From Bacteroidales bacterium (GTDB taxonomy: Bacteria > Bacteroidota > Bacteroidia > Bacteroidales > WCHB1-69), in NCBI GenBank assembly GCA_024400785.1, contig JAKSME010000003.1:1-48941 (forward strand): 48,941 nt of DNA, given 5' to 3'. This document shows, one piece after another, positions 7,001 to 15,672 of this stretch; position 1 is the first letter of the stretch, and each line of letters begins with the position of its first letter. Under the pieces are notes generated by a model. That model was not told the DNA's origin and did not search any database. It saw nothing but the letters and a program-made list of their open reading frames with translations. Position numbers and translations under genes: made by a program.

Positions 7001-8413
7001 ATGGATTTCACTCCTCGGGCCATCATCAAAAAAGCAGAATTTTGGATTGTGGTTCTGTTTTTGGTTCGGTTGGTCGGCATCACCGCACCACCTTTGGAGG
7101 GAAGTCACAACTGGCGGCAATGCACCGACCTGATGGTGGCGCGCAACCTGTATGAGGGGAACGGCGACTTGCTGCACCCGATGGTTGACGACACCGGTGC
7201 CACCGAAGGCATCATCGGGATGGAGTTCCCACTGCTCTGCGGTTTGCACGCGCTCTGCGCTCACGCTTTCGGCTACGCCCACTGGTACGGCCGCCTCATC
7301 AACCTCTTGATTTCCAGCTTGGGACTTTGGTTCTTTGCCAAAATATTACGTTTTTTTAAGTTGGATGAAAAAATAGTGCTCGCCTCCACCCTCTTTCTTG
7401 GGGTGTCGATTTGGTTCTGCTTTTCGAGAAAATTTACCGCTGACACATTCTGTATTTCACTGATTTTCATAGCGTTATACTGCGGGCTAAAATTCTTGGA
7501 GGGAAAAAATCTCGGATGGCTCATCGCTTACGCACTCACATCAACCATCGCTGTGCTGTCGAAAATACCGGCGATGCTCTACCTGGCGCTCCTACTTCCT
7601 GCGGTTTTGAATCCCGCATGGCCACGCCGCAAACGAGCATGGACAGCGGCAGCGACACTGCTGCCCGTTGCAGCTGCCGTGTGGTGGTACTTCGTCTGGA
7701 ATCCACACTTGGCAACTACGTACGGAAACTGGTACAACCAAGGGCTTTCGGTGCGAGAGGGGCTGCTCGACTGCCTCCGACACCCGATGCAAATCCTCGA
7801 CAACTTCTACTTCGATGCCTTCTGCGGATTTCTCCTCTTTATCGCTTCTTGTATCGGTTTTATCTTATTGATTATCAAAAAGAAAAGAAAAGAAATTTTG
7901 ATTTTTCTACTCTTGTTGATGGCCTTCATCGCTTTCATCATCAAGTCGGGCTACCATTTTTACGACCAAAGTTACTACATGATTCCGTTTGTTCCTGCGA
8001 TGGCATTGCTGGCGGGATATGCGATTTCTTCCGTTTCCAAAAATTGGATTTTCATCACGCTGATGTTAGTTTGTTGTGCGGAAAGCATTGGTAATCAGCA
8101 GCATGACTTTTTTATTAAAGAAAAAGAAAAGTACAAGATGGAAATTGCGGAGGTGATGAAGGCGCACGCGGACGATGGACTGGTGATGGTGAATGGGAAA
8201 GGCAATCCGCAACTGCTGTACTTGGCGCATCGCAAAGGGTGGTCGTGTACGAAGGAAGATATTGAGAATAAGGAATTTATGACGAAAAAAATTGCCGAGG
8301 GCTGTCGATATTTGGTAATTGACCTGCACGCTTGGCCCGACTTTTCGATGGAAGGAAGTGAGGTGTGGAGAGATGAAAATTTTGCGATTATCGTTTTTCC
8401 GGCCAATATCTAA
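7001..8413 (+). CDS. polytopic membrane glycosyltransferase, ArnT/GT39/GT83-like
   Basis: 470 aa with many hydrophobic segments and a soluble C-terminal tail. It starts 9 nt after the previous stop. The family call rests on architecture only. Confidence 0.55.
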   Translation: MDFTPRAIIKKAEFWIVVLFLVRLVGITAPPLEGSHNWRQCTDLMVARNLYEGNGDLLHPMVDDTGATEGIIGMEFPLLCGLHALCAHAFGYAHWYGRLINLLISSLGLWFFAKILRFFKLDEKIVLASTLFLGVSIWFCFSRKFTADTFCISLIFIALYCGLKFLEGKNLGWLIAYALTSTIAVLSKIPAMLYLALLLPAVLNPAWPRRKRAWTAAATLLPVAAAVWWYFVWNPHLATTYGNWYNQGLSVREGLLDCLRHPMQILDNFYFDAFCGFLLFIASCIGFILLIIKKKRKEILIFLLLLMAFIAFIIKSGYHFYDQSYYMIPFVPAMALLAGYAISSVSKNWIFITLMLVCCAESIGNQQHDFFIKEKEKYKMEIAEVMKAHADDGLVMVNGKGNPQLLYLAHRKGWSCTKEDIENKEFMTKKIAEGCRYLVIDLHAWPDFSMEGSEVWRDENFAIIVFPANI

Positions 8414-9077
8414 GTCCAGTCACTTCGCAATCATTACATTCATACTGGCGAAATTCATATTGGGAATTTTCCAGTCTATCGATAGCTAAATTACTAATTT
8501 TTACTTGATTAGCAAATCTAATATCAGCAACGGAATGTTTTCCATTTTTGCAAAATATGCCATCAATTTGCACATTTTGGGAAGTCGTCAACTCAAAAAC
8601 GATCAAATTGGGAGCCGGAAGTCCCATCAAACCGTTATGGGATAAAGTTTGAAAATTGTTATCGGAAGATTCACCGGGCATTTCGATAACTCCTTTGCCA
8701 AAAATGCGGACATTTTTCACCATACTGCCCATCAAGAGGGCTCTGGAAACAAAAATCGTGTCGGTGCTGTACCAGTAATCGTAAGGGTTGTCGGAGCCGA
8801 CGAGCACAGCGCCCTCTCGCAGTTCGATATTGACATTATCGCGCAAATGAAGGGTGCCTGTGAGGTACCGACCGACCTCGAAAACGAGCGTGCCACCGCC
8901 CTGCTCACCGATGTAGCCGAGGGCGGATCGTATGGAGGTTGTATTCAGCGTCGTGCCGTTGGAGCGAATGCCAAACAGTGTTGCGGGGTACTCGCGCTGG
9001 GCGCTCACAGCAACTCCTAACGCAACGAAAACCAACAACAAAAAAGTTCTAATAGTTATATTAAATCGTTGATACAT
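8388..9077 (-). CDS. secreted right-handed beta-helix protein, truncated GH28-like paralog lacking catalytic motifs
   Basis: It has a signal peptide. The N-terminus aligns with the neighbouring GH28 (LNTTSIRSAL...GGGTLVF...GTLHLRDNVNIELREGAVLVGS). It ends before the NDGxD/DD motifs. Confidence 0.6.
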   Translation of the reverse strand: MYQRFNITIRTFLLLVFVALGVAVSAQREYPATLFGIRSNGTTLNTTSIRSALGYIGEQGGGTLVFEVGRYLTGTLHLRDNVNIELREGAVLVGSDNPYDYWYSTDTIFVSRALLMGSMVKNVRIFGKGVIEMPGESSDNNFQTLSHNGLMGLPAPNLIVFELTTSQNVQIDGIFCKNGKHSVADIRFANQVKISNLAIDRLENSQYEFRQYECNDCEVTGLRYWPEKR

Positions 9078-9089
9078 AACTATTTCTAT

Positions 9090-10580
9090 TTATTCGATTG
9101 GAAATCCCGTTAGATTTTTTACTTGGTGGGCAACCACTTTCTTTCCCGTTTGGCCGCCCACGATTTCCACCGCATTTCCCGAAAGATTTTCCACGTCGTC
9201 GGCAACAATGGCGGGACGATAATCGGGACCGGCGGCGCGCAAACGAACATTCTCGAAGGTGACATTTTTGGCGTGACGGATGTAGAATCCCCACGCGGGA
9301 AGCTCTTTCCAACAGGAAAATTCAGGGTACTTTTTGCCGTTTTCGGGAATGGCTTCCAGTTCGGCGGCGGTAGTACCGCAATATGCGAAAGCTGTGTCGG
9401 CGTAACCAGGATAGACGATTTCCACATTTTCCAACCGCACGTTCTCAACATACATACCCGGCACTCCGGCGATGATGCTCGGGGAGACGTTACGCGGCAG
9501 GTCTTCCACCGGACCTTCGTAGCTGTACCCGCGGTCGGGCTTCTCAAACGGCACCTCCGCATACATGTTGCGGATGGTGATGTTTCTGAGGCAGGGCGTC
9601 ACTTTGCCGCTGTTGCGGTCGGCAAAGCGGAGAAAAATCGGGTTGCCGGTGTTGATGCTGCGCAGCCCGTCGATTTCGATATTCTCCACACTGGCGCCAT
9701 CCACGCTGGCGATGGTGACGGCCGAGCGGTAAGTATCGAAAATGGTAATGTTATGGAAACGGAAATTACGGAAAGTGCCGCGCGTGACGGTGCCAAACTT
9801 AATGCCGTTGGCGCTGGAGCGGCCGATGCAATTTTCCACCAAAACATTCTCACTCACCCCGTCCACACTATGACTTTTAAAACAATAGGCGTCATCGGCC
9901 GCATCTATGTAGCAGTTGCGAATCACCACATCGGAACAGTCCACCACATCAAGCCCATCATTGTTCCAAAAACAAGTGGCATCCACCGTGACATTTTCAA
10001 TGGTAAGTTGGCGACATTGGTCGTACTGTTGATTCCAACTGGCTGGATTTTTGATAGTTACACCGCTTATTGTCACATTGTCACATTCTCGAAAGTGGAT
10101 GTTTTCGGGACGGTTTTCAGCCCCCGGTCGATCATATTTGAGTGGGTCTTGTCGCAGTCCCTGATGCACGAGGTTGACGACATTGACAGCCACTTCATAG
10201 CCGCGTCCGTCAATGGTTCCGGCGCCGGTAATGGCCACATTTTCCTGTTTTATGGCGAAGATGAAAGCTGTCCAGCGGCAGTATGGGTCTTTGAGGTAAT
10301 GGTCGGGATTGGTGGAACCGAGGAGTATGGCGCCAGATTCGAGATGGAGGGTGACATTGCTTTTGAGGTAGATGGTTCCGCAGACGAAGTTGCCGGGGGT
10401 GAGGACGACGCGACCGCCACCGTCGCTGTGGGCTTGGTCAATGGCTGCCTGTATGGCGGTAGTATTGAGGGTGGAACCGTCGGCCACTGCCCCGAAGTCG
10501 GTGGCCAGATAGTCGCGCGCAAAGAGATGGAGCGTAAGAAAGGCCATCAACAGCGCGAGAAAGATGGGGCGGGTATTCAT
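9090..10580 (-). CDS. glycoside hydrolase family 28 (polygalacturonase-like)
   Basis: It has a signal peptide. Motifs NNDGLDVVDC, AADDAYCFKS and ANGIKFG match the GH28 NDG, DD and RIK-type motifs. Confidence 0.85.
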   Translation of the reverse strand: MNTRPIFLALLMAFLTLHLFARDYLATDFGAVADGSTLNTTAIQAAIDQAHSDGGGRVVLTPGNFVCGTIYLKSNVTLHLESGAILLGSTNPDHYLKDPYCRWTAFIFAIKQENVAITGAGTIDGRGYEVAVNVVNLVHQGLRQDPLKYDRPGAENRPENIHFRECDNVTISGVTIKNPASWNQQYDQCRQLTIENVTVDATCFWNNDGLDVVDCSDVVIRNCYIDAADDAYCFKSHSVDGVSENVLVENCIGRSSANGIKFGTVTRGTFRNFRFHNITIFDTYRSAVTIASVDGASVENIEIDGLRSINTGNPIFLRFADRNSGKVTPCLRNITIRNMYAEVPFEKPDRGYSYEGPVEDLPRNVSPSIIAGVPGMYVENVRLENVEIVYPGYADTAFAYCGTTAAELEAIPENGKKYPEFSCWKELPAWGFYIRHAKNVTFENVRLRAAGPDYRPAIVADDVENLSGNAVEIVGGQTGKKVVAHQVKNLTGFPIE

Positions 10581-10599
10581 GGATTTTCAATTTTCACCT

Positions 10600-11574
10600 T
10601 TATAAAATTGCCAACACCACCAACGAAGCGGTATAAAGGCAAAGCAACAACTCGGTAGAGATGGAAAAGTTGCGGGAAGGAATGAAAGAAATAAAGAAAC
10701 ATGTGAGCGGAATTATCAAGTAGCCAAGAGAATATGGGAAAGGTATGTTGCTGCAAACCATCATAATCAGTTGAAAAATGGCCAGCAGACAGAGAGAGAG
10801 AAATATTTTCCGCATGACAATCAAAGTGTTGTCGTAATATACTGTGAGGCGGCCGATAATGTAAACGAGAGAAAGTATCAAGATGACGGCGGCCGAGGCA
10901 GCATAAAGGGAGAAGTGTGTTTGTGTGAAAATCGGGAAATTGAAATGAATGGCACGGAACGAGTGCAAGTAATCGGTCAGATTTCCTTTGAAAAAATAGT
11001 AGGAAAAAACATAAATGTAAGTGATGAGGAGACCGCAAATGGCGACCAGCATCTCTTTCATTTTTTCCAATCGATTGATTAACAACAGCAAAAGATAGCA
11101 CACCAGAAGCAGAAATGCCGCAATATCATACAAAGATGCGATGCCGATAAAAAGGCCCGAGAGCAAGGTAGCCGTTTTCGCCGACTTTCCTTGGATATCG
11201 CCATTGATATTGAGGAGAATAAGAACTGACAAATTCATTATCCAAGCGGTAGAAACGGGCACAAAAATTCCCATTCCCATTAAAAAAGCCAAGAAAAAGA
11301 AGATGGGGAGAAGATTTTCTTCATCCAAAAAACCGCTATTTCTGAAATATCTAAAAAACAAGCCACCTTGAAGGAGCATGGCGATGAATAAAATGGCTTT
11401 TGCGCCTGCGGGATGCTCCATCAGATAAACAGATAACGATTGAGCGGCAGGCAAAGTTGTGTCTATATAACTGATAGACAAATCATTAGAGAAAATAAAA
11501 TAGCCACCGATGGCTAATGTCGCCAAGGCTGCTAATAGTTGTAATATGAATGATTTTCTTAATAGGTAAAACAT
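10600..11574 (-). CDS. polytopic integral membrane protein, function unknown
   Basis: 324 aa, hydrophobic throughout. It is upstream of and co-oriented with the GH28 genes. Confidence 0.6.
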   Translation of the reverse strand: MFYLLRKSFILQLLAALATLAIGGYFIFSNDLSISYIDTTLPAAQSLSVYLMEHPAGAKAILFIAMLLQGGLFFRYFRNSGFLDEENLLPIFFFLAFLMGMGIFVPVSTAWIMNLSVLILLNINGDIQGKSAKTATLLSGLFIGIASLYDIAAFLLLVCYLLLLLINRLEKMKEMLVAICGLLITYIYVFSYYFFKGNLTDYLHSFRAIHFNFPIFTQTHFSLYAASAAVILILSLVYIIGRLTVYYDNTLIVMRKIFLSLCLLAIFQLIMMVCSNIPFPYSLGYLIIPLTCFFISFIPSRNFSISTELLLCLYTASLVVLAIL

Positions 11575-11653
11575 CTTTCAAAATTGGAATGCAAACATAC
11601 ATGTTTTTTTTTAGAAAAACCTGAAAAAACACTCATTCAATTTGAAAATTTAG

Positions 11654-11661
11654 TATTTTTG
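11654..11661 (+). promoter_or_regulatory. -7 promoter box TATTTTTG
   Basis: TAnnTTTG match upstream of ATG 11718. Confidence 0.5.
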
Positions 11662-11717
11662 CACTCCGTTTTTTTAGGAAAAGAATATAAACGTAAAATC
11701 AAGGAAATAAAACAAAT

Positions 11718-12458
11718 ATGAAAAGTAAAATCGCGATAACCTCTGCTTTAGGCGTATTGGTAGTTGTTCTTTTATTCTTAAACCTCCGCGCTATCCTTCG
11801 TCCGGCAAAATACCAAGAAGTTTACCAACAACGCGTTGAAATGAACGAAAACCGTTTGACTGCCATTTCATTGCTGCAGGAATTGTTCCACGAACGTTAT
11901 CACTATTATGCCTCTGACATCGATACGTTGATTAATTTTTATGAAACGGGTGAAATGATTTCCGTTAATACGAACGAAAAACCTCCGAAGGACAGTTTGA
12001 CCGATGAAAAATTCATGGAAAAATTCATGAACATGACCATGAAACAACGTGAAGACTGCGGATATGTGGTTTTCGATACCATCCGTACTTCTGTAAAGGC
12101 AAGAATGGAAAGTGAGTTGGCAGAGAAAAATGCCAAAAAAGATCCCGGCCACCTCATCACCATGAATGAATTTTATAACATTCCTTACAACAATAAGAAA
12201 TATAAAATCATCACTCCCAATGACAGCGTTGTGTCCAAATTCATGATTGTCGTTCCGAAAGAACAACTTATGAATGACTTTTCTGCTTCACTTCCGCAGT
12301 CGGCATTTTCAAAAGTCCTTTATGGCGGGATGGACAAAGTTTATAACAAAGCCGAAGCAAAGAACAATTTGAAAGATTTGCGCGAAATCAAGAACTTTGC
12401 CGGTGTTAAGTTGGGTGATACGACGAACTTCACGCTTGACATTGTTACTTATGAATAA
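11718..12458 (+). CDS. hypothetical protein with N-terminal membrane anchor
   Basis: 246-aa ORF with an N-terminal hydrophobic segment. No family was recognised. Confidence 0.6.
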   Translation: MKSKIAITSALGVLVVVLLFLNLRAILRPAKYQEVYQQRVEMNENRLTAISLLQELFHERYHYYASDIDTLINFYETGEMISVNTNEKPPKDSLTDEKFMEKFMNMTMKQREDCGYVVFDTIRTSVKARMESELAEKNAKKDPGHLITMNEFYNIPYNNKKYKIITPNDSVVSKFMIVVPKEQLMNDFSASLPQSAFSKVLYGGMDKVYNKAEAKNNLKDLREIKNFAGVKLGDTTNFTLDIVTYE

Positions 12459-13206
12459 ATATCCGTATAACGCGGTCCACTATAGTTCCACAGGGTTCAT
12501 CCTTTTAAAAAGCCAACCTGCTGGGAATTTAGTTTGTGAAACCTATAAAAGCACCGCACTCCCCACCTTGCAACGGGAGTGTGGCGTTTTTTTTGATGCG
12601 ACCTGCGATGCACCGTTGATTTCCCTTCGCTTCTCAGCACCCCTGCTGATTCCTAAGAGTATGTACCAAGCTCCTGCCACGCAGTACCTTCGCCTTCAAA
12701 ACGAAGTTTCCGACAGCGATGAAGTCTTCGAAAACGAAGTTGATGACTATGTGGCCGTCTTCGCCGTTCCATTCAGCAAAACCCTACCACTGAGAACCAC
12801 CTTGGCCAATCCGCAATTTCGCCACTGCGCCGTCAACCTTTACCGCTATTTGGCACAATACAACTCCCCTTGTCACAACAAACTGTTGGTCAACTTTGAT
12901 GGTGATAAAATGGGATTTATCCTGATAAAAAAAGACAAATTGTTTTTAATCAACGAGTTGTCTTTCACAGAACCCAGCGATGCACTTTATTATGTGCTGA
13001 ACATCCTCCAACAGAATGACGCCAAACGCGCCGAAAGTGAAGTGCTGGTTTGCGGTCTGACCCCGGAAATGAAAAAAATCAACCAACTGCTCAGCCAGTA
13101 TCTGCCGAACGTGGTTACGGCAGGAAAAGAGTTAAAACTGAATATCACCGATTTGAAAGGTCAAAAGGTTGATATTTCCACCTGTTTGCAACTAATTGAG
13201 ATTTAA
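12451..13206 (+). CDS. hypothetical protein (conserved-position gene upstream of rsmD, possibly DUF3822-like)
   Basis: ATG at 12451 overlaps the previous stop (ATGAATAA). The listed ORF start at 12397 is probably too far upstream. The family guess is from synteny memory only. Confidence 0.5.
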   Translation: MNKYPYNAVHYSSTGFILLKSQPAGNLVCETYKSTALPTLQRECGVFFDATCDAPLISLRFSAPLLIPKSMYQAPATQYLRLQNEVSDSDEVFENEVDDYVAVFAVPFSKTLPLRTTLANPQFRHCAVNLYRYLAQYNSPCHNKLLVNFDGDKMGFILIKKDKLFLINELSFTEPSDALYYVLNILQQNDAKRAESEVLVCGLTPEMKKINQLLSQYLPNVVTAGKELKLNITDLKGQKVDISTCLQLIEI

Positions 13207-13211
13207 TAACT

Positions 13212-13787
13212 ATGCGCATAATTGCTGGTAAAAATAAAGGCCGGCGGATTGTTGCTCCGGCCAATCTTCCTGTACGCCCCACCACCGACTTGGGCAAGGA
13301 AAGTCTGTTCAACATCCTTAACAACTACTTTTTCTTTGATGCCATCACGGTCATTGACCTTTTTGCCGGCACCGGAAATGTGAGTTTGGAATTTGCTTCC
13401 CGCGAGGCCATCTCTGTCACCTCCGTAGATGCCTACCAAGGGTGCGTGGACTTCATTAAGAAGATGGCCGGCCAACTCCAATACAACAATCTGACGGCCA
13501 TCAAAGCCGATGCCTTCCAGTTCTTGGAACGCCTCCGCCAACCCGTTGACATCATCTTCGCCGACCCGCCGTACGACTTGGAAGGCATTGAGCGTCTGCC
13601 GGAAATCGTCTTCGAACGCAACCTCCTCAAGCCCGACGGCTGGCTCATTATCGAGCACAGCAAAATCCATGACTTCTCCGCTCATCCCAAATTCTACCAA
13701 CATCGAAACTATGGGAAACTCAATTTCTCATTTTTGGTAAATATGACGGAGGAACAACCCTCAACAGAAACATCTTCCCAACAATAA
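13212..13787 (+). CDS. rsmD: 16S rRNA (guanine966-N2)-methyltransferase RsmD
   Basis: Motifs MRIIAGKNKGRRI, RPTTDLGKESLFNIL, DLFAGTGNVSLEFASR and FADPPY. Confidence 0.9.
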   Translation: MRIIAGKNKGRRIVAPANLPVRPTTDLGKESLFNILNNYFFFDAITVIDLFAGTGNVSLEFASREAISVTSVDAYQGCVDFIKKMAGQLQYNNLTAIKADAFQFLERLRQPVDIIFADPPYDLEGIERLPEIVFERNLLKPDGWLIIEHSKIHDFSAHPKFYQHRNYGKLNFSFLVNMTEEQPSTETSSQQ

Positions 13788-13799
13788 TATATATATAGT

Positions 13800-14486
13800 A
13801 TGAAGAAACTTGTGGTTCTGACTGGCGCCGGGGTGAGTGCCGAAAGCGGAATTAAAACCTTCCGCGACAGCGATGGCTTGTGGGAAAACTACAATGTAGC
13901 GGAAGTCGCCACCATTGATGCCTGGGACGTGAATCCCGCACTGATGGTACAGTTTTACAATGAACGCCGCCGCCAACTGAAAACTGCCGAACCCAACGAA
14001 GCCCACAAAATCATCGGTGAATTGGAACAGTATTTCGATGTGACGGTTGTAACCCAAAACATTGACAATCTGCACGAAAGAGGCGGCTCCTCTCATATCA
14101 TCCACCTCCACGGCGAACTTACCAAAGTCTGTAGCGACCGCGGCAAAAGGTGCGTACAAGACATCGGTTACGAAGAGTTCGAATACGGACGCAAAACAGA
14201 AGACGGCGGCATGATGCGCCCCTTCATCGTCTGGTTCGGAGAAGACGTCCCGTTGCTCTCACAGGCTGCCGAAGCCGTTGAACAGGCCGACATCCTCGTC
14301 ATTATCGGTACCTCGCTCAATGTTTATCCCGCTGCCGGTTTGTTGTACTACGCAAAACCCGACTGCCCCATCTACCTCATCGACCCCAAAGAGGTTCAGC
14401 CCGTGACACGCAGAGTGGAATTTATCCGCGAAAAAGCAACCGTCGGTATGCGCATCCTCAAAGAAAAACTCCTCCAATGCAAGTAA
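13800..14486 (+). CDS. cobB: NAD-dependent protein deacylase (Sir2 family)
   Basis: Motifs GAGVSAESGIKTFR, TQNIDNLHERGG and HLHGEL. Confidence 0.9.
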   Translation: MKKLVVLTGAGVSAESGIKTFRDSDGLWENYNVAEVATIDAWDVNPALMVQFYNERRRQLKTAEPNEAHKIIGELEQYFDVTVVTQNIDNLHERGGSSHIIHLHGELTKVCSDRGKRCVQDIGYEEFEYGRKTEDGGMMRPFIVWFGEDVPLLSQAAEAVEQADILVIIGTSLNVYPAAGLLYYAKPDCPIYLIDPKEVQPVTRRVEFIREKATVGMRILKEKLLQCK

Positions 14487-15241
14487 GACTCTTAGGTACA
14501 GGAACTTCGCAGGGCATTCCCATCATCGGTTGCCACTGTCCCGTTTGCTCCAGCACCGACATGCGCGACCAACGCCTGCGCACCTCCGCTCTGGTTGAAG
14601 TCGACGGCGTGAACATCCTCATTGATGCCGGTCCCGACCTGCGACAGCAAATGCTGCGCTGCGGCGTCACCCGCCTCGACGGACTGCTCCTTACCCACGA
14701 ACACAAAGACCATACCGGAGGAATCGATGACGTTCGCCCCATCAATTTTCTGATGAAGGAAACCCTCAACATCTACGGACAGCCGCGCGTGATGAAAGCC
14801 GTGGAAACCGACTATTCATACGCCTTCGCAGAAAATAAGTACCCCGGTGTCCCCACCCTCGTCCTCAATCCCATCCTCCCCGACCCCTTCCAAATCAAAG
14901 GCATTGAAGTCATCCCCATCAAAGTACGCCACATGACACTGCCGATTTTCGGTTATCGAATCCGCAACTTCGCCTATATTACCGATGCCAGTTTCATTTC
15001 AGAAACCGAAAAACGGAAACTTCACGGCTTAAAAGTATTAGTTATCAATGCTTTACGGATTGAAGAACACTATTCCCACTTCAACCTCGCTCAAGCCCTC
15101 GCCATCATTCAGGAACTGAAGCCAGAGCGCGCCTTTATCACTCACATCGGCCACGACATGGGAAAATATGAAGACGTGGCCCCCACCCTGCCCGAAAATG
15201 TTTGGCTGGGTATCGACAACCAAGTGATCGAGGTGGAATAA
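14477..15241 (+). CDS. MBL-fold metallo-hydrolase (PhnP-like)
   Basis: Motifs LGTGTSQGIP, CHCPVC and THEHKDH (HxHxDH). It overlaps the cobB stop by 10 nt. Confidence 0.85.
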   Translation: MQVRLLGTGTSQGIPIIGCHCPVCSSTDMRDQRLRTSALVEVDGVNILIDAGPDLRQQMLRCGVTRLDGLLLTHEHKDHTGGIDDVRPINFLMKETLNIYGQPRVMKAVETDYSYAFAENKYPGVPTLVLNPILPDPFQIKGIEVIPIKVRHMTLPIFGYRIRNFAYITDASFISETEKRKLHGLKVLVINALRIEEHYSHFNLAQALAIIQELKPERAFITHIGHDMGKYEDVAPTLPENVWLGIDNQVIEVE

Positions 15242-15274
15242 CAAAATCCCCAGCCAAAGAACTTTTTCTCCGAA

Positions 15275-15423
15275 AATTTGTGTTATTTTTACGCAAATTA
15301 AGAACTTCTTTTGTATTTTATTTTTAAGTAATTGATTTTCAATTAAATAAAATTGTGTGAATTTTACACAAAATTGTGTGTTATTACAAAAATAACTGTA
15401 TTTTTGTGTCAAAATTACACAAA
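15275..15423. promoter_or_regulatory. three copies of a TTTGTGT-N7-ACACAAA palindrome (15275..15299, 15353..15371, 15403..15423); candidate operator array
   Basis: Arm complementarity was checked base by base: 8/9, 6/6 and 7/7 arm pairs. The third copy overlaps a TATTTTTG box at 15399..15406. Confidence 0.5.
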
Positions 15424-15442
15424 TAAATAAACGTAAAAAATA

Positions 15443-15597
15443 TCAGAATTATTCCTTATCGTCTTGCTGGTTCATGGTTTGACAACTTTTTTGGGCCTTC
15501 GGGGAATGGGTGGATGGTGGAAAGGTGGAAGCATGAGGGACATAACTAACTCCTTATCCCATTCAACCCTTTACAAGATTAAAGGGGATGATACCCC
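15443..15597 (+). repeat. about 155-nt conserved element, copy A (second copy at 42161..42313 on the minus strand); possible structured RNA or dispersed repeat
   Basis: Manual alignment to the reverse complement of 42161..42313 shows long identical blocks (cttatcgtcttgctg, gggccttcggggaatggg, cccattcaaccc, tacaagattaaaggg) and a few indels. Confidence 0.7.
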
Positions 15598-15639
15598 AAA
15601 TTTTTGAGAGCCATTATGTGATATTTGATAAAAAAAGTG

Positions 15640-15647
15640 TAAATTTG
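15640..15647 (+). promoter_or_regulatory. -7 promoter box TAAATTTG
   Basis: TAnnTTTG match 26 nt upstream of ATG 15673. Confidence 0.5.
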
Positions 15648-15672
15648 CGCACTTTCCATCTGAACTACAATC

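Noticed and set aside
9123-10658. 511-aa ORF on the plus strand, antisense to the GH28 gene. Similar long antisense ORFs lie at 5259..6566, 21628..22596, 37620..38354 and 45501..46121.
   Set aside because: These are shadow ORFs opposite GC3-rich genes. Their translations are low-complexity (G/V/A/D/F-rich) with no recognisable motifs, whereas the sense frames carry clear family signatures.
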